Of a stretch of 64,000 nucleotides of DNA, positions 1 to 11,695 are shown piece by piece. The DNA comes from Asterionella formosa (Eukaryota). Positions within the stretch are counted from its first letter, which is position 1. Every line of letters begins with the position of its first letter. The DNA lies in assembly GCA_002256025.1 (NCBI GenBank), contig NKIB01012322.1:1-64000 (forward strand). The letters run 5' to 3'. The notes below the pieces were generated by a model. It was not told where the DNA came from. It made no database searches and saw only the letters and a list, made by a program, of their open reading frames with translations. Both the position numbers and the translations under genes were made by a program.

Positions 1-127
1 ATCTAGCAGGAAGGCTAGAAGCAGAGACAAGAGAGAAAGTGAGTGGTACTAGGTAGTACTACGATCACGTAAGAGTCTACGTGAAGAGAGACCCAACCCG
101 CGGGAAGGAGTACGGACCATTTCAACA
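1..127. mobile_element. possible 3' end of an LTR fragment
   Basis: Non-coding stretch ending CATTTCAACA (118-127). It shares the ATTTCAACA terminus of the LTR at 54218-54417 but otherwise does not align with it. Confidence 0.3.
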
Positions 128-165
128 CCAGGTTAGACCTAGGAGTAGAGTACCAGGGTACCTGA

Positions 166-363
166 TGTTGAAATATATGGCGCTACTCTAGCGCGCTCCA
201 GTACTGCCCTGGAATGACCGGTCAAGATCTTTCTCACGCCGCTCGTCTGCAGATTCTTCTGCTATATAATTTAAATCCTGTCTATTTCCGTTTAGACATT
301 CCTCAGACTACCTAGTCTTCGGACACCTGTCGACATCAACAGCCTAACAGACACACTCTGACA
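166..363 (-). mobile_element. solo LTR (~200 bp) of an LTR retrotransposon
   Basis: Near-identical reverse complement of 54218-54417. Ends read TGTCAGA...TTTCAACA on the minus strand. Flanked by CCTGA at 161-165 and 365-369 (5-bp TSD, one extra A at 364). Confidence 0.7.
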
Positions 364-864
364 ACCTGATACTGTATCACCAGTTTTTGCATACGTACGG
401 TTAATCTGATCCATAATCCATACTACCTGGTACGGTTGTGTCGTAAATGTTACGGTACCTGGTACCAGGTACCCGATACTGGTCCCAGTAGACGTTATTA
501 CCGATGATACATAACGGTACTCATTCCAGTACCGGTAGACTAGTCCATAAAATTTATGTTGTATAACGGTAAATATTAGCTTGTATTTATTTTGTATTCA
601 ATGCGCGAAAATGTTGCTTCCATGCACACGCGGGAACAATGTATCATAGATCACATGCTCACCGCCCCGCCGGTATACAACAGTGTCCCCTCGGCCGATC
701 GTGATGCGTGTAGCCATGTAACCCATCACCACACCATGCAGCCACAATGACGATGAGTGGCGGGCAATATCGCCGGATTATCAGTCATTTCGAGCAAACC
801 AACATCCTCATTCCCCGCCGTTGCATGCATGACGACAAACTACGCAGTATACCGCTAATACAAT

Positions 865-3159
865 ATGAGCGAGGAGAACGACGAATATGCGCATGCAAGG
901 AAACTCGTGCTGCGAGCAACAAAGCGCAAAAAGCTTCTATCTGGAGGTGCTGACGAAAACGCCGATGGCTCCTTCAACGTCGTACGCGCAGACTTCTCGA
1001 ACCTTCCCCTTAAGCAAGATCACATACAGCGCCCTTGTTGGACATGCCCTGATGGAACTATTTATTTAGAAGCCTTTCACGATTTGTACACTCAAGCCTA
1101 TGATTTCTTGGTTGCCATTGCTGAACCCGTTGCCCGTCCAGAGTTTATGCATCAGTACAAACTCACGCCTTACTCGTTATATGCCGCCGTGGCCACTAAT
1201 ATTGATACCGAACGTATCATCGCCGTCTTGGAGCGGTTATCAAAGAATAAGCTGCCCAAGCAAATCAGGTCCTTCATTCAAGATTGCACGCAGAAATACG
1301 GAAAAGCCAAGTTGGTTTTAAAACACAATAAATTTTACGTCGAATCGGAATTTCCTATGGTTCTTCGCGAATTATTGCGTGACCCTACCATTGCGCAAGC
1401 CAGAGTCAAGGAAGATGTGAATACGGCCAATATCGATTCGGAAGGATTCGTCACGACCAACAAGGCCGAAGAAATGAAGGAGAATCTGAATATTCTCGAA
1501 GAAGACAGCGAAGATGAGGATAACGACGACGAAGAGAGTTCCTCCAAGAAACCAGCAACCGTTGTGAGTTTTCAAGTCAAAGGAGAAGCAGTCGAGTCGG
1601 TGAAACGTCAAGCTATCGAACTGGACTACCCCTTGATGGAAGAGTACGACTTTAGAAATGACAACATCAACCCAAATCTCCCAATGGACTTGAAGCCCCA
1701 CACTCGTATTCGACGCTACCAAGAAAGGAGTTTGGCCAAAATGTTTGGAAATGGACGTGCTCGATCTGGTATCATTGTGCTGCCATGCGGAGCCGGAAAG
1801 ACATTGACAGGCGTCACAGCAGCCCAAACAATTAAGAAATCAGTCGTCTGTCTTGCTACCAATGCAGTGTCAGTCTTACAATGGAAGCATCAATTTCAGT
1901 TATGGACTAACTTGCCTGACGATCGAATATCTGTATTCACCAGTGATCGCAAAGATCCAATTCACCCTGATGGATGTGTTTTGATCACCACCTACACCAT
2001 GATTTCGTATTCTGGCAAACGAGCCGACAAGTCCCAAGAAATTATGGATGTGATTTGTTCTCGTGAATGGGGTCTTTTATTGATGGATGAAGTACATGTT
2101 GTGCCCGCCAAAATGTTTCGTCGAGTAGTGGGAAGTGTCAAAGCGCATTGTCGATTGGGACTCACAGCTACATTGGTCCGGGAAGATGATTTGATTTCTG
2201 ATTTGAATTTCTTGATTGGACCGAAATTATATGAAGCCAATTGGATGGATTTGACTGCTCAAGGATTTTTGGCCAATGTGCAGTGTGTTGAAGTGTGGTG
2301 TCCGATGACTGGACCTTTCATGAAGGAATATTTGCTTGCTAAGAATGCTCGCCTCAAGCAGTTGCTGTACGTGATGAATCCATCCAAAATCAGAGCTGTT
2401 GAGTTTCTGGTTCGGTTTCACGAAGCACGTGGTGACAAGATCATCGTATTTTCCGATCTGGTCTACTCGTTGAAGCTCTATGCTGAAATGCTGAAGAAAC
2501 CACTGATATATGGCGAGACGCCAGAACGCGAACGTCAAGCTATTCTCGGAACTTTCCGTGCCTCTGACGCGTTGAGAACCATTTGCATTAGCAAGGTTGG
2601 AGACACCTCAATTGATTTACCAGAAGCCAATGTGATTATTCAAGTTAGTTCGCACTTTGGATCTCGACGTCAAGAAGCCCAACGCTTGGGACGTATTTTG
2701 CGTCCTAAATCCTTTACCGCTCGTGATGGAACGAACCGGTCAAGCTTCAATGCCTTCTTTTACACACTGGTCAGTAGTGATACTCAAGAAATGTTCTATT
2801 CCGCTAAGCGGCAGCAGTACCTTATTGATCAGGGATATACATTCAAAATTGTGACAAATCTTTGTGAAAAGGCGGACGAGGAAGCAAAGACGCAGAAGTA
2901 TGCTTTCGCAACACCCGAGGATGATCGCAAGCTTTTGCGAACGGTGTTGAACTCGGAGAATGACATGGAGAGGGAACAGCGAGCTGAAGATACAGCTATT
3001 CGCAAGAACAATGCCGATGGAGCAGCCTTGGCAGATGCCGGGGTGAAACGCAGCACTTCGTCGATGTCATCGATCAGTGGAGGTGCTGGTATGCGCTACC
3101 GCGAAATGGGAGGATCTAACAAGCGTCATCCACTTTTTCAGAAGAGAACTAGGCGCTAA
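865..3159 (+). CDS. XPB: TFIIH DNA helicase/translocase XPB (ERCC3/Ssl2)
   Basis: 764-aa ORF with FLVAIAEPVARP..YKLTPYSLYAAV, YPLMEEYDFRND, MFGNGRARSGIIVLPCGAGKT (Walker A), DEVH box and SSHFGSRRQEAQRLGRILR, all XPB-diagnostic. Confidence 0.97.
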   Translation: MSEENDEYAHARKLVLRATKRKKLLSGGADENADGSFNVVRADFSNLPLKQDHIQRPCWTCPDGTIYLEAFHDLYTQAYDFLVAIAEPVARPEFMHQYKLTPYSLYAAVATNIDTERIIAVLERLSKNKLPKQIRSFIQDCTQKYGKAKLVLKHNKFYVESEFPMVLRELLRDPTIAQARVKEDVNTANIDSEGFVTTNKAEEMKENLNILEEDSEDEDNDDEESSSKKPATVVSFQVKGEAVESVKRQAIELDYPLMEEYDFRNDNINPNLPMDLKPHTRIRRYQERSLAKMFGNGRARSGIIVLPCGAGKTLTGVTAAQTIKKSVVCLATNAVSVLQWKHQFQLWTNLPDDRISVFTSDRKDPIHPDGCVLITTYTMISYSGKRADKSQEIMDVICSREWGLLLMDEVHVVPAKMFRRVVGSVKAHCRLGLTATLVREDDLISDLNFLIGPKLYEANWMDLTAQGFLANVQCVEVWCPMTGPFMKEYLLAKNARLKQLLYVMNPSKIRAVEFLVRFHEARGDKIIVFSDLVYSLKLYAEMLKKPLIYGETPERERQAILGTFRASDALRTICISKVGDTSIDLPEANVIIQVSSHFGSRRQEAQRLGRILRPKSFTARDGTNRSSFNAFFYTLVSSDTQEMFYSAKRQQYLIDQGYTFKIVTNLCEKADEEAKTQKYAFATPEDDRKLLRTVLNSENDMEREQRAEDTAIRKNNADGAALADAGVKRSTSSMSSISGGAGMRYREMGGSNKRHPLFQKRTRR

Positions 3160-3579
3160 AAACATTCCAATTAGCAAATGAGAATAATTTATTTGAATGT
3201 TAACATCACGAGATTGTTGATTATGAGATGCGTTCCCTGAGGCACACCCAATATGCTTGAAAGTTCAGACTGAATGGGGATGCAGATCACAAATAGATCC
3301 ACTTTTCAACCGCATGGAAATACATAAACTGAGAATCGAATGCGAAGTCTGGACTTATAATGTTAACTTTTAAACTACTTTGTCCAGCCTTACCTAGACT
3401 AGTCAAACGAAATTAAGTCAGCAATTGATGCATGTATCCGATAAAAGCAATTTGAATGACCTCGCTCACCTAGGGACTACGAGTACCAGGTACCGTGTGT
3501 ATATAGTCTTTCGGTATGCATACGGCTGACGACAGACGTGTTCCGAAGTTCTTATGATAAGAAGCAATGCATTACTTCG

Positions 3580-3745
3580 TGGAGGTACCAGTACCAGTAC
3601 CCTGGTACATGGTACTGGTACCTGGTACTACCAGGTACCTAGTAACCAGGTACGAGGTACCTGGTACCTGGTAGTCACAAAAAGGTAGCAGATGATTGTG
3701 AACTACCGGTAGAGAAGTACCGGACCGGGGTACAAGGTACCAGAC
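3580..3745. repeat. TACCWGGTA/TACCGGTA motif cluster (densest of many)
   Basis: Runs such as GGTACCAGTACCAGTACCCTGGTACATGGTACTGGTACCTGGTACTACCAGGTACC just upstream of the LENG8-like gene. Confidence 0.8.
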
Positions 3746-3864
3746 CAGCAGAACGAAGCGGTAACACCATTGTCCTCAAAGAAATCAACCTAAGACAGCA
3801 AACATTGCTCGACAAACAGAAGATTTGTTGTTCTCCTACTGGTATCCTCACTCGCATTATCTTC

Positions 3865-5847
3865 ATGTACTCACAGTATCAGCAATACCGGCAACCGACT
3901 GCAACGGTAACGCAGCAGCCCGGCGTGGTCGTGAACAGCGCTTCGTTCCCAGTCAGCACCGTGCAGCAGCTTGCGACGCCCGTGGAAACTTACACTACCT
4001 ACTATAATGGCTGGACGGCCAGAGAAAAAGAGGAAACAATCAAGGCCAACACCTTGCACGGAGAACTGAAGGCTGAAGCCCAGAGGCAGGCTGCTTGGGC
4101 CAAGTATTATGCTGACCTGTCTAGTCGTGCAGCGCATCACTTTTACAATTCTCCTGGTGTCGCCTTTCCACATGGGGACTTACCACCAGCGCCCCCTGCG
4201 CCTATTCATTATCAGTCGCAACAATCCAGGCAAATCAATGCAATTCAACAACAGAGTCAATTTCAATTTCAGCAACAAACCTCAACTAATAGCGTTAATT
4301 CTACCTCAACACAGCAATCTCCTGATGGTCTCAAGCGGTATGTACACAGGTGTCTATCGAGATGTATTAACAAAGAGCAACTCCTAGATATGCAAAAACT
4401 TGTCGAAGAGCGAATTTCAGCCGCCTTGAATGCCGGAACTATGCACACCACCGATTGGGAGGAACAAGAATTGCTCCCGTTGAAGATAAATAGTAGTAAG
4501 TACACGAGTCAACCTACGCAAGTGCCATTGCCAAACCCGAAAAATTATTCCAGTGAAAACAATGGGGATTCTTCTTTTTCTCAGCCGGCAGCTCTCTCGA
4601 CCAGTTACTACGGCGAAAATAAGCAGCGAAATCAGACAGGAGATACAACCTATTATAGCTATTCAAATCCTACAAACGAAAGTAAGTGTGACCAAGCATC
4701 GTTGAGTGGTGATTTCATTGCATTTTCCAAAAAAGAGACAAAGGGGGAACGAAAGGCTGCCAAGCTTTCCATCAAATTAGAAACAGCCAAGAAAAAACTG
4801 GAATCAGCCAAGGCAAAGAAAAAGCGAACAGTTGATGATGCTTTGGGTTTTGAATTGTCAAATTCTGCCCTGGCTAAACGGGCTCATCGATTTGCTGGTG
4901 CAGGTGGTATATCGGAAGCATCAGCTGCGGGGTCATCATTGAATGGGGAGTATGCAAAATATATGGGGAAGTCTGTGATTGGAGGCTCAACGAAAGGAGA
5001 ATTGGATGAAGACGATTATGTCAGAATGACTGTCAAGGGTACGTGTGTGAGATTGGAAAAGGAGTATCTTCGTCTAACTGCACCACCAAAGGCCGAGTTG
5101 GTTCGCCCGCAAGGCATATTGGAAAAACACTTACAGAATTTACAAACTAGTTGGAATTCACCTGAACGTCGAGACTACGTCTGGTTTTGCTCGCAATTAA
5201 AGGCGATTCGACAAGACATGACTGTCCAGCGTATCTTCAATGGTTTTGCGGTACAGGTCTACGAGACACATGCTAGAATTGCATTGGAGCAAGGAGATTT
5301 AAACGAATACAATCAATGCCAAACTCAATTGAAGGAACTGTATACGAAGCAAGATAACAATGTGACCTTGACGAACATGAATGAATTCATTGCATTTCGT
5401 CTAATTTATTACGTACATCAGACTGGAAACAAGAAGTATGAAGGAGGATCGTCTGACTTGTTCAAGATTATGTTGTCACTCACTTTGGAGCAACGCGGAG
5501 ACCCCTGCATAGCTCATGCCCTCGAGGTTCGAGCTGCAGTTGCCGAATTTGATTATCATGCATTTTTCACTCTCCTTAAGGCGTGTCCGAGCAAGCATGC
5601 TACGTTTCTCATGAAATTTCTTGTCCCAAATGTTCGCTACTGGGCCCTGCAACGTATATGTAAGGCTTACCGTCCGTCTGTATCGTTGAATTTTGTGTTG
5701 CAAGAATTAGGCTTTGACTCCGATGGGGTTGAAAAAGGGAAAACATGGCTGGAGAGTTGTGGAGTGGTCATGACACAAGACGAAATTGTCACCAAGGACA
5801 CGGTTGTACACGAAAGCATCTTGAAGGCTCAAAACTCACTTATTTGA
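3865..5847 (+). CDS. SAC3/GANP/THP3-domain protein (LENG8/Thp3-like)
   Basis: KGTCVRLEKEYLRLTAPPKAELVRP, CSQLKAIRQDMTVQRI, VYETHARIALEQGDLNEYNQCQTQLKELY. Gln-rich N-terminus. First ATG at 3865; the ORF-track start is TTG. Confidence 0.9.
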   Translation: MYSQYQQYRQPTATVTQQPGVVVNSASFPVSTVQQLATPVETYTTYYNGWTAREKEETIKANTLHGELKAEAQRQAAWAKYYADLSSRAAHHFYNSPGVAFPHGDLPPAPPAPIHYQSQQSRQINAIQQQSQFQFQQQTSTNSVNSTSTQQSPDGLKRYVHRCLSRCINKEQLLDMQKLVEERISAALNAGTMHTTDWEEQELLPLKINSSKYTSQPTQVPLPNPKNYSSENNGDSSFSQPAALSTSYYGENKQRNQTGDTTYYSYSNPTNESKCDQASLSGDFIAFSKKETKGERKAAKLSIKLETAKKKLESAKAKKKRTVDDALGFELSNSALAKRAHRFAGAGGISEASAAGSSLNGEYAKYMGKSVIGGSTKGELDEDDYVRMTVKGTCVRLEKEYLRLTAPPKAELVRPQGILEKHLQNLQTSWNSPERRDYVWFCSQLKAIRQDMTVQRIFNGFAVQVYETHARIALEQGDLNEYNQCQTQLKELYTKQDNNVTLTNMNEFIAFRLIYYVHQTGNKKYEGGSSDLFKIMLSLTLEQRGDPCIAHALEVRAAVAEFDYHAFFTLLKACPSKHATFLMKFLVPNVRYWALQRICKAYRPSVSLNFVLQELGFDSDGVEKGKTWLESCGVVMTQDEIVTKDTVVHESILKAQNSLI

Positions 5848-6195
5848 AATGACTTGTTTGTGTTTGTGTCGGATGCCCCTTGAGAGCACGAACATTTCCC
5901 TGTTGTATCCCCCTTTATCACTCCTGACTGCGATAGAATACCCTGTTGATGTATCGTTTTGCATAGAAATTATATAGATTAAATTGGAAACTTAGGAAGC
6001 CCGTTCAAAATTACCTGAATTTACTAGGTAGTTCCAGAAGAACAATATACCCTTCACGCAAGATTTGATACTGCGATATAGAACATTTGGTGCAATTAAA
6101 ATTAGACTTCATCAATGCATCAACGTGTTATTAACATTATTACTGTAGGATATAGGATTCATATTTGTACTAGTAAAAGGTACAATTGCCTTCAG

Positions 6196-8094
6196 TTACA
6201 CAGGAGCAGCTGCCGGTGCCGATTCTACTGGACCCGCGACAATAGTGAACATTGCACTCTTGGCAAAGGAAAGATTCGACCCCGTACCTCTCAACAAACG
6301 CATTAAATAGGTCCCAGCGTTCAGCTGAGCGAAGCCTGGCATTTCTGGACCAAATGAAATGGTTCCTCCTGAACTTGCTCCTTGACAGGTTTGAGTTCCG
6401 CAAGTATTAACCCACATGGCAGCAGTGAAGGTGCTACTAACCCCATTCGTCACGTCCTGCATAGCTATCCAGTCATTGCTCAGCGGTGGAATATTCTTGA
6501 AAGTGACGAGAATTTTTTCCCCTTGCATGTATGTGGACTTGTCGACTTGAATGGATGCATCGACAGTAGTAGTCGACGGAGCGATCAGTGTCAGTGACGG
6601 ACTTAGAGTTGATGGAGACAGTGTTGGCGATTCAGTAGAAAATCGAAATGGCGTGATTGTTGGCGGAACAAAAACAGTTGGAGACAACGTTGGCGGAACA
6701 AAAACAGTTGGAGACAACGTTGGTGGAACAAAAACAGTTGGCGGTATAGTTGGTGCCACAGAAGGACTCAAAGTTGCGGGTGGCGTTGTCGGCGAATCGG
6801 TTGGAGATGGGCTCGGTGGGAACGTAGGTGGTGGATTAGTTGGAGCAGGAGCACCCGGAGTCGGTGAATTTGTAGGTTTCAGTGATGGCTGAGAAGTCGG
6901 TTCATGTGTAGGATCTGGTGTTGCGGAGACTGATGTTACAGCAGGCGTCGGCACGTCTGTTGGTAGTGACGATGGTACGAGCGACGGATAGGGACTCGGA
7001 ATGGGTGTCGGGCTTAACGACACTATACTTGTGGGATCCAGAGATTTTGTATACGTCGGATATTGTGATGGCGAGAGAGTAGAACCCACAGTTGGTGTTC
7101 TCGTTGCATACGGAAATCTACTCTGAGAAGGGGAGAATGATACATCACCATTTGGCGCAGGAGCATGTGTATGCTTACTTATTGGCGTTGGCCGTGGCGA
7201 TCTAGCAGTGGGTGCATTTGTCTTTCGAAAGGGAGCAGCAGTTGGTGAGTTGGAAGGTACCGGAGAAAATTGACTGTCAGTGGGGGAAGTCGTATTTCCA
7301 TTGGATACTGGAATCATGGTGGGAGCTGGCGATGCCGAACCCGACTGATTAAGGGAGTTTACCATATTATTACCTCCAGACAATGAACTGTTTGGAGAGG
7401 TATTGTGACTCTTTTGCAGTGAAAGTGCAATGAATGTAGTCGACAAAACAACCCCCAGAAATAGAAGAAAAACAAAGGCGGCAAGCAGTCGACGACTGTA
7501 AGGTAAAGATAGGAAACTTGACATGCTTGTCGTGTCCCCCGACCCAAAGCCGAACCGTCGCGTTTGAGGGTGTTCGTCGCCACCGAGGTAAATGACGGAA
7601 GGCACATCTTTCGCGTTTGTCGGCAATGACTGGTGCAACGAGTTGGGGGCCACCACAAGGATCGCTCCGTTCCTTGGAGGCGCTGGAGGATGGTAGTCCA
7701 GGTGTTCGTTTTCCAACGAGAATCCATTGACGTTTCCTGCACTGCCTTTTGGTGAGCTCGTAGCGCTGGAGTCGAAAGTCGTATCAATGGTTGGCCCCGG
7801 GATCATTTTCGAAATTCTAGTTGCGTCGTCCTTCATACTATCACCTCCAGCAATAGTGTAGTTGTCGAGGGTTTTGCTGTACTCCTTCTCTGTTTCCATC
7901 ATGTAATCAAAATAGCTCTTGTTTGGGTCGTTGCCCCACAGAATTTGGTCCTCAAAGTAGACATCATTTGCGGCTTCGCTGACATTGACTCGTCGCTCAT
8001 TTTCCCTTTGAGCTGTGAAGGTGGTCGACACTGAGTGCTGCGAGTAGCCTTCCCAGTCAGAGACTGATCGATCTTCGTCCTTGGATAATGACAT
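6196..8094 (-). CDS. type II membrane protein with Pro/Ser/Thr-rich stalk and C-terminal Ig/SKICH-like domain
   Basis: First ATG at 8094 (MSLSKDED). One hydrophobic segment LLAAFVFLLFLGVVLSTTFIAL, long PT/PS stalk, then DKSTY..GEKILVTF..NDWIA..MWVNTCG..GTISFG..LNAGTY. Domain name is tentative. Confidence 0.72.
   Translation of the reverse strand: MSLSKDEDRSVSDWEGYSQHSVSTTFTAQRENERRVNVSEAANDVYFEDQILWGNDPNKSYFDYMMETEKEYSKTLDNYTIAGGDSMKDDATRISKMIPGPTIDTTFDSSATSSPKGSAGNVNGFSLENEHLDYHPPAPPRNGAILVVAPNSLHQSLPTNAKDVPSVIYLGGDEHPQTRRFGFGSGDTTSMSSFLSLPYSRRLLAAFVFLLFLGVVLSTTFIALSLQKSHNTSPNSSLSGGNNMVNSLNQSGSASPAPTMIPVSNGNTTSPTDSQFSPVPSNSPTAAPFRKTNAPTARSPRPTPISKHTHAPAPNGDVSFSPSQSRFPYATRTPTVGSTLSPSQYPTYTKSLDPTSIVSLSPTPIPSPYPSLVPSSLPTDVPTPAVTSVSATPDPTHEPTSQPSLKPTNSPTPGAPAPTNPPPTFPPSPSPTDSPTTPPATLSPSVAPTIPPTVFVPPTLSPTVFVPPTLSPTVFVPPTITPFRFSTESPTLSPSTLSPSLTLIAPSTTTVDASIQVDKSTYMQGEKILVTFKNIPPLSNDWIAMQDVTNGVSSTFTAAMWVNTCGTQTCQGASSGGTISFGPEMPGFAQLNAGTYLMRLLRGTGSNLSFAKSAMFTIVAGPVESAPAAAPV
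6659..6741. repeat. coding 30-bp tandem repeat (~2.8 copies)
   Basis: Unit GTTGGCGGAACAAAAACAGTTGGAGACAAC at 6659, 6689 and 6719; encodes PTVFVPPTLS. Confidence 0.9.
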
Positions 8095-10189
8095 GATGTC
8101 TTCAAACAATGAGATTTCTGAAATTTTGTCGAACCTATGTATACCGGTACCAGGTACCAGGTAGTTTGTACAAGTCAGTGCACACTTTCGGGGACTGACT
8201 TGATTTTGAACATGAAGAAACAGGACATGAACAAACAATTGATTTGTGTGTACCGGCTATCGTACTGTCATATCATACATGGGGTAGGCAAAGTGTGAAT
8301 TCAGTATTCCTATGTTTAATTGTGTACCTGGAGCAAAGGTTCTGTACACTACAACGCAGATATGGTGTCCTGAGCTTTGAGTCTTGACTAATTTGTATTC
8401 ACATCCGTGCCTACTACCGGTACACCAGTGCGTATTCCCGCGATGATGGAGGGAAAGGTACCAGGTGCATGAGTACCGGTATGTAAGCTATAGCTGGTAC
8501 CAGGTACCCGGTATACTAACTACATAAAACATCAGCAAGGGGGATCACAAGCAAGAACACGTTGCGCGCAAACGGGACTAATAAAGGGCACGATGTAACA
8601 TCCATTTCAAACCAGACCCGGTAAATTTGAATGATCATACTTCATGTGCTATGATATACATAATTCGATTCGTTTTCATTTGATGATATTGAAATGTACA
8701 TAAGTCAAAGAGAGGTATCCATTATTACAAACGACTCCATGTAACGGTATACATAGAGCAGGCGAATCGGAAGACTGAGTCGTGCGATCCGACAAGGAAT
8801 ATTCTTAAATATACATATGTACATGGAGTGACTTAGAAAACACCGGGAACTAAAACAGCACCCCACACATAAAACGTAAAACCAACAGCATCATGGGTTG
8901 CGCTAGCTGTATCTGGTACATCAGGCAGGCAGTACATGGTCAACCAGGTAAACCTACAGTGTTAGGAGTACCTGGCGCCAGTCGGTACATCTGGCACAAC
9001 AACCATCCCGGTTTGTATGTATTCTTAGTGTTTTATATAGACATATTTGGATCATCTTTATCCTATACCAGCATATATATAACAATTTTGCTGGTATAGC
9101 ACAAAACACAATTGATAGGGTATAAATACAGTATTCAGATGAATGAAGCAAATGCTGCACCAGTCAAAAGTGAATTGATAGCTGAAGGAATGTTGGAAGC
9201 TTGTGCAAGGCAGCATGATTGATTTGCTGGTAATCAAAAAGGATAGAAGAAACACATGGATGGAAGCATTATATTGATGATAGCAAGCAAGGGAGCAAGG
9301 TATTACCAGAGCTGGCATCAACTTGTTCTGAGGCAGTGTAATTGATTGAAATTGAAGTGTTGACAGGCTTAGACAATACATTATTGTGCAATACGTGATG
9401 AAAAGATGAATCTGATGGTAGATTAGGAGTCAAGAGAGGAGATACTTAGATTTTTCTTGACAACAAGGAAGTGATATACCTGCCTTTGGTGCCTGATGGA
9501 AGAGAGTGTGGACAGCAGCAATAGAAAGCAGAATTTTCGAACTTCCGGAGGGTCTGGGGGTCTTCCAGATGAATATGAGAGAGAAGTGGATGTGGTAGAG
9601 AGGAGGGGAAGGTTATGGGAGAAGGAATAAGCATTCATTTGATGAATAGGATGTGAGAAGTAGTCGGCAACGTCCTTTTCTCTGGAGGTAAAGGGCGGTT
9701 TCTGCTGTGGAGGAACCAGCAGGTATAGCAGAGCAATATGATTCTGGATTGCTAACCACAAAAGTGGCAATGATGCAAAGGAAGAAAAAGATAGTATGAA
9801 CGTTTTGATGATTGGAACCATTAAATATCTGGCAGTATGGTCCATCTAATTTAACAACCGAAAACATTATATGGAGCGACTGTGATTCTATTTATATTAT
9901 AATTATGATAGTTACATTTGTTATTCTATTTCACTTGAAATATTTGAGTAAGCGGCCAATATAAAACAGCATGGTGAGGATATGTAGATGAACCAAATGT
10001 ACTAGATATGTATGTTAAATTGGTTTCGAATATTTATTTACATGCTAATAATTCAATGACAGAAGCAGTAAAAATGTTCACATAAAAACTGATTTTTCGA
10101 GTCATCCAACAACCCTCACGTAGAAAAATGTTTTGTTGTCCATGTAATCCGTCCTAGAAAAAGCTGCTCGGCACTAGGGGTTTCCGAAA

Positions 10190-10221
10190 ATCGATGCAAC
10201 TAATATTGGACAGAGGGAGTA
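10190..10221 (-). mobile_element. Stowaway/mariner-like terminal inverted repeat with flanking TA
   Basis: Reverse complement reads TA|CTCCCTCTGTCCAATATTAGTTGCATCGAT. A matching end TA|CTCCTTCCGTCCGATATTAATTGCATCGAT is at 56777-56808. Confidence 0.55.
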
Positions 10222-10228
10222 CCAGGTA

Positions 10229-10450
10229 CCAGCAGGCTGCGGTGGTAAATTTGCTGAAATGAGGATTTGGATATCGCGGATATTCACGCCTGCTGATCCA
10301 GTACTTAAATAAATACACTGCCTAGCTCATGGGACAACAGTTATATTTCATTCATGGTATGATCGTTTTGAATACAATTATGCTGGAATACGATTTGGCA
10401 GGAACTATTTTAGGGTAAAACTCATTCCCAAAATCTCAAACCCCCAACTC
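10229..10450 (+). mobile_element. MITE family B copy (TA|CCWGC termini)
   Basis: Aligns by eye with 57197-57400 (CCTGCTGATCCAG, TATGCTGGAAT, GTRAAACTCATTC) and with the reverse complement of 20430-20575. Confidence 0.6.
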
Positions 10451-11695
10451 GAAAAAACATGGGTTTTACCAGAGAGCTTGATTCCATTGGGGTCAGAGGC
10501 GCACATAGAGTGATCATAGAAAATGTTAACCGACCGACATTGAGTGTACATATATTAGTCTATGCAAAGACTAAACATGTATGGTAATATATGCATACCG
10601 ACATAGACGATGCAGAAAATATGTAGTCTCTACATTCCCGAATACATTATTTACTAGTTAGTGCCGTTGTATGTATACTGAAATGATAAAATAAATAAAC
10701 ATCATTGTTATTGTTGTTTTCAGCTACTGATGTTGTATTTATGTCTACTTTATTTACAACGGTTATGTACGAGCAATCCGGGTTTTGATCTCCTGGCAAG
10801 AAGTCAAGGAGATATTGTTGCTGTGGTCATTCATGCGTCATTTTGCTTCCGCCGATTTTCTGTTTTACTTATTTTGCAATGAATATCCAAGCTACTATGT
10901 GAACATTTGTTTCACTAGTATTTTCTAGCGATATATAAATTTTATCTAACAAACTATTTAAAGTGTAAATCAGTTATACAGATTTAACAACCATTTGTTT
11001 CTTATCATAGTCTGTTATAATGGTAATTCTTGGGAATTTCCATTGTTCGATTCATTGCATTTATAAATATGTGCACATAGAAAAAGCCTGTTACCGGGGG
11101 TATGTATGTTCATTTGTACCACCACCGTTTGCACTTCTGTACATTCATAGTATGAAATGCATGTAGCTAAATGAGGAGATTTCTGGAATAAGGAATCATG
11201 ACACTCAGAAGCGAGGTTGGGGAAAACCCAATCCGAACCCCCCAATCGAAAAAACCCAAACATAGCTAGCAAGGTTCGGATATCCATCAGATCATGAAAG
11301 TGTCCCAAAACATATAATAATATCTTATCAATAATTCCCTAATTTTGTTGTCAATATCCTGTTTGTTAGGTCACCGACACTACCAAAAGCACCACCATTG
11401 TTGATCAGCTGATCAATTTAACATTGCTAGTGATTTCTCGTGTTATATTGTGCTAGAGGGATATTTCAATGGCCGATTTTTCCAAAATAAGCAAGGAGTA
11501 ACATAAAGTACTATAGGTATTATTAAGAGGCTCCACTAAATTTTCAGCGAAACTCGAAGAAGTACTACCTACCAGTATGCATATGAAGCACAGGCTAAAA
11601 CAACCCGGCTTTTACAAACGTTTTACTACATACGGCAAAGGTTGCTTGTGTTGTCGGTATACCCTTGGAGCTTCTCATATACCTCGGACTCGTCA

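Noticed and set aside
8893..9867. Cluster of short ORFs (similar fragments at 19300-20100, 30260-31130 and 57770-58720)
   Set aside because: Probably decayed sequence; no motif I can assign with confidence.
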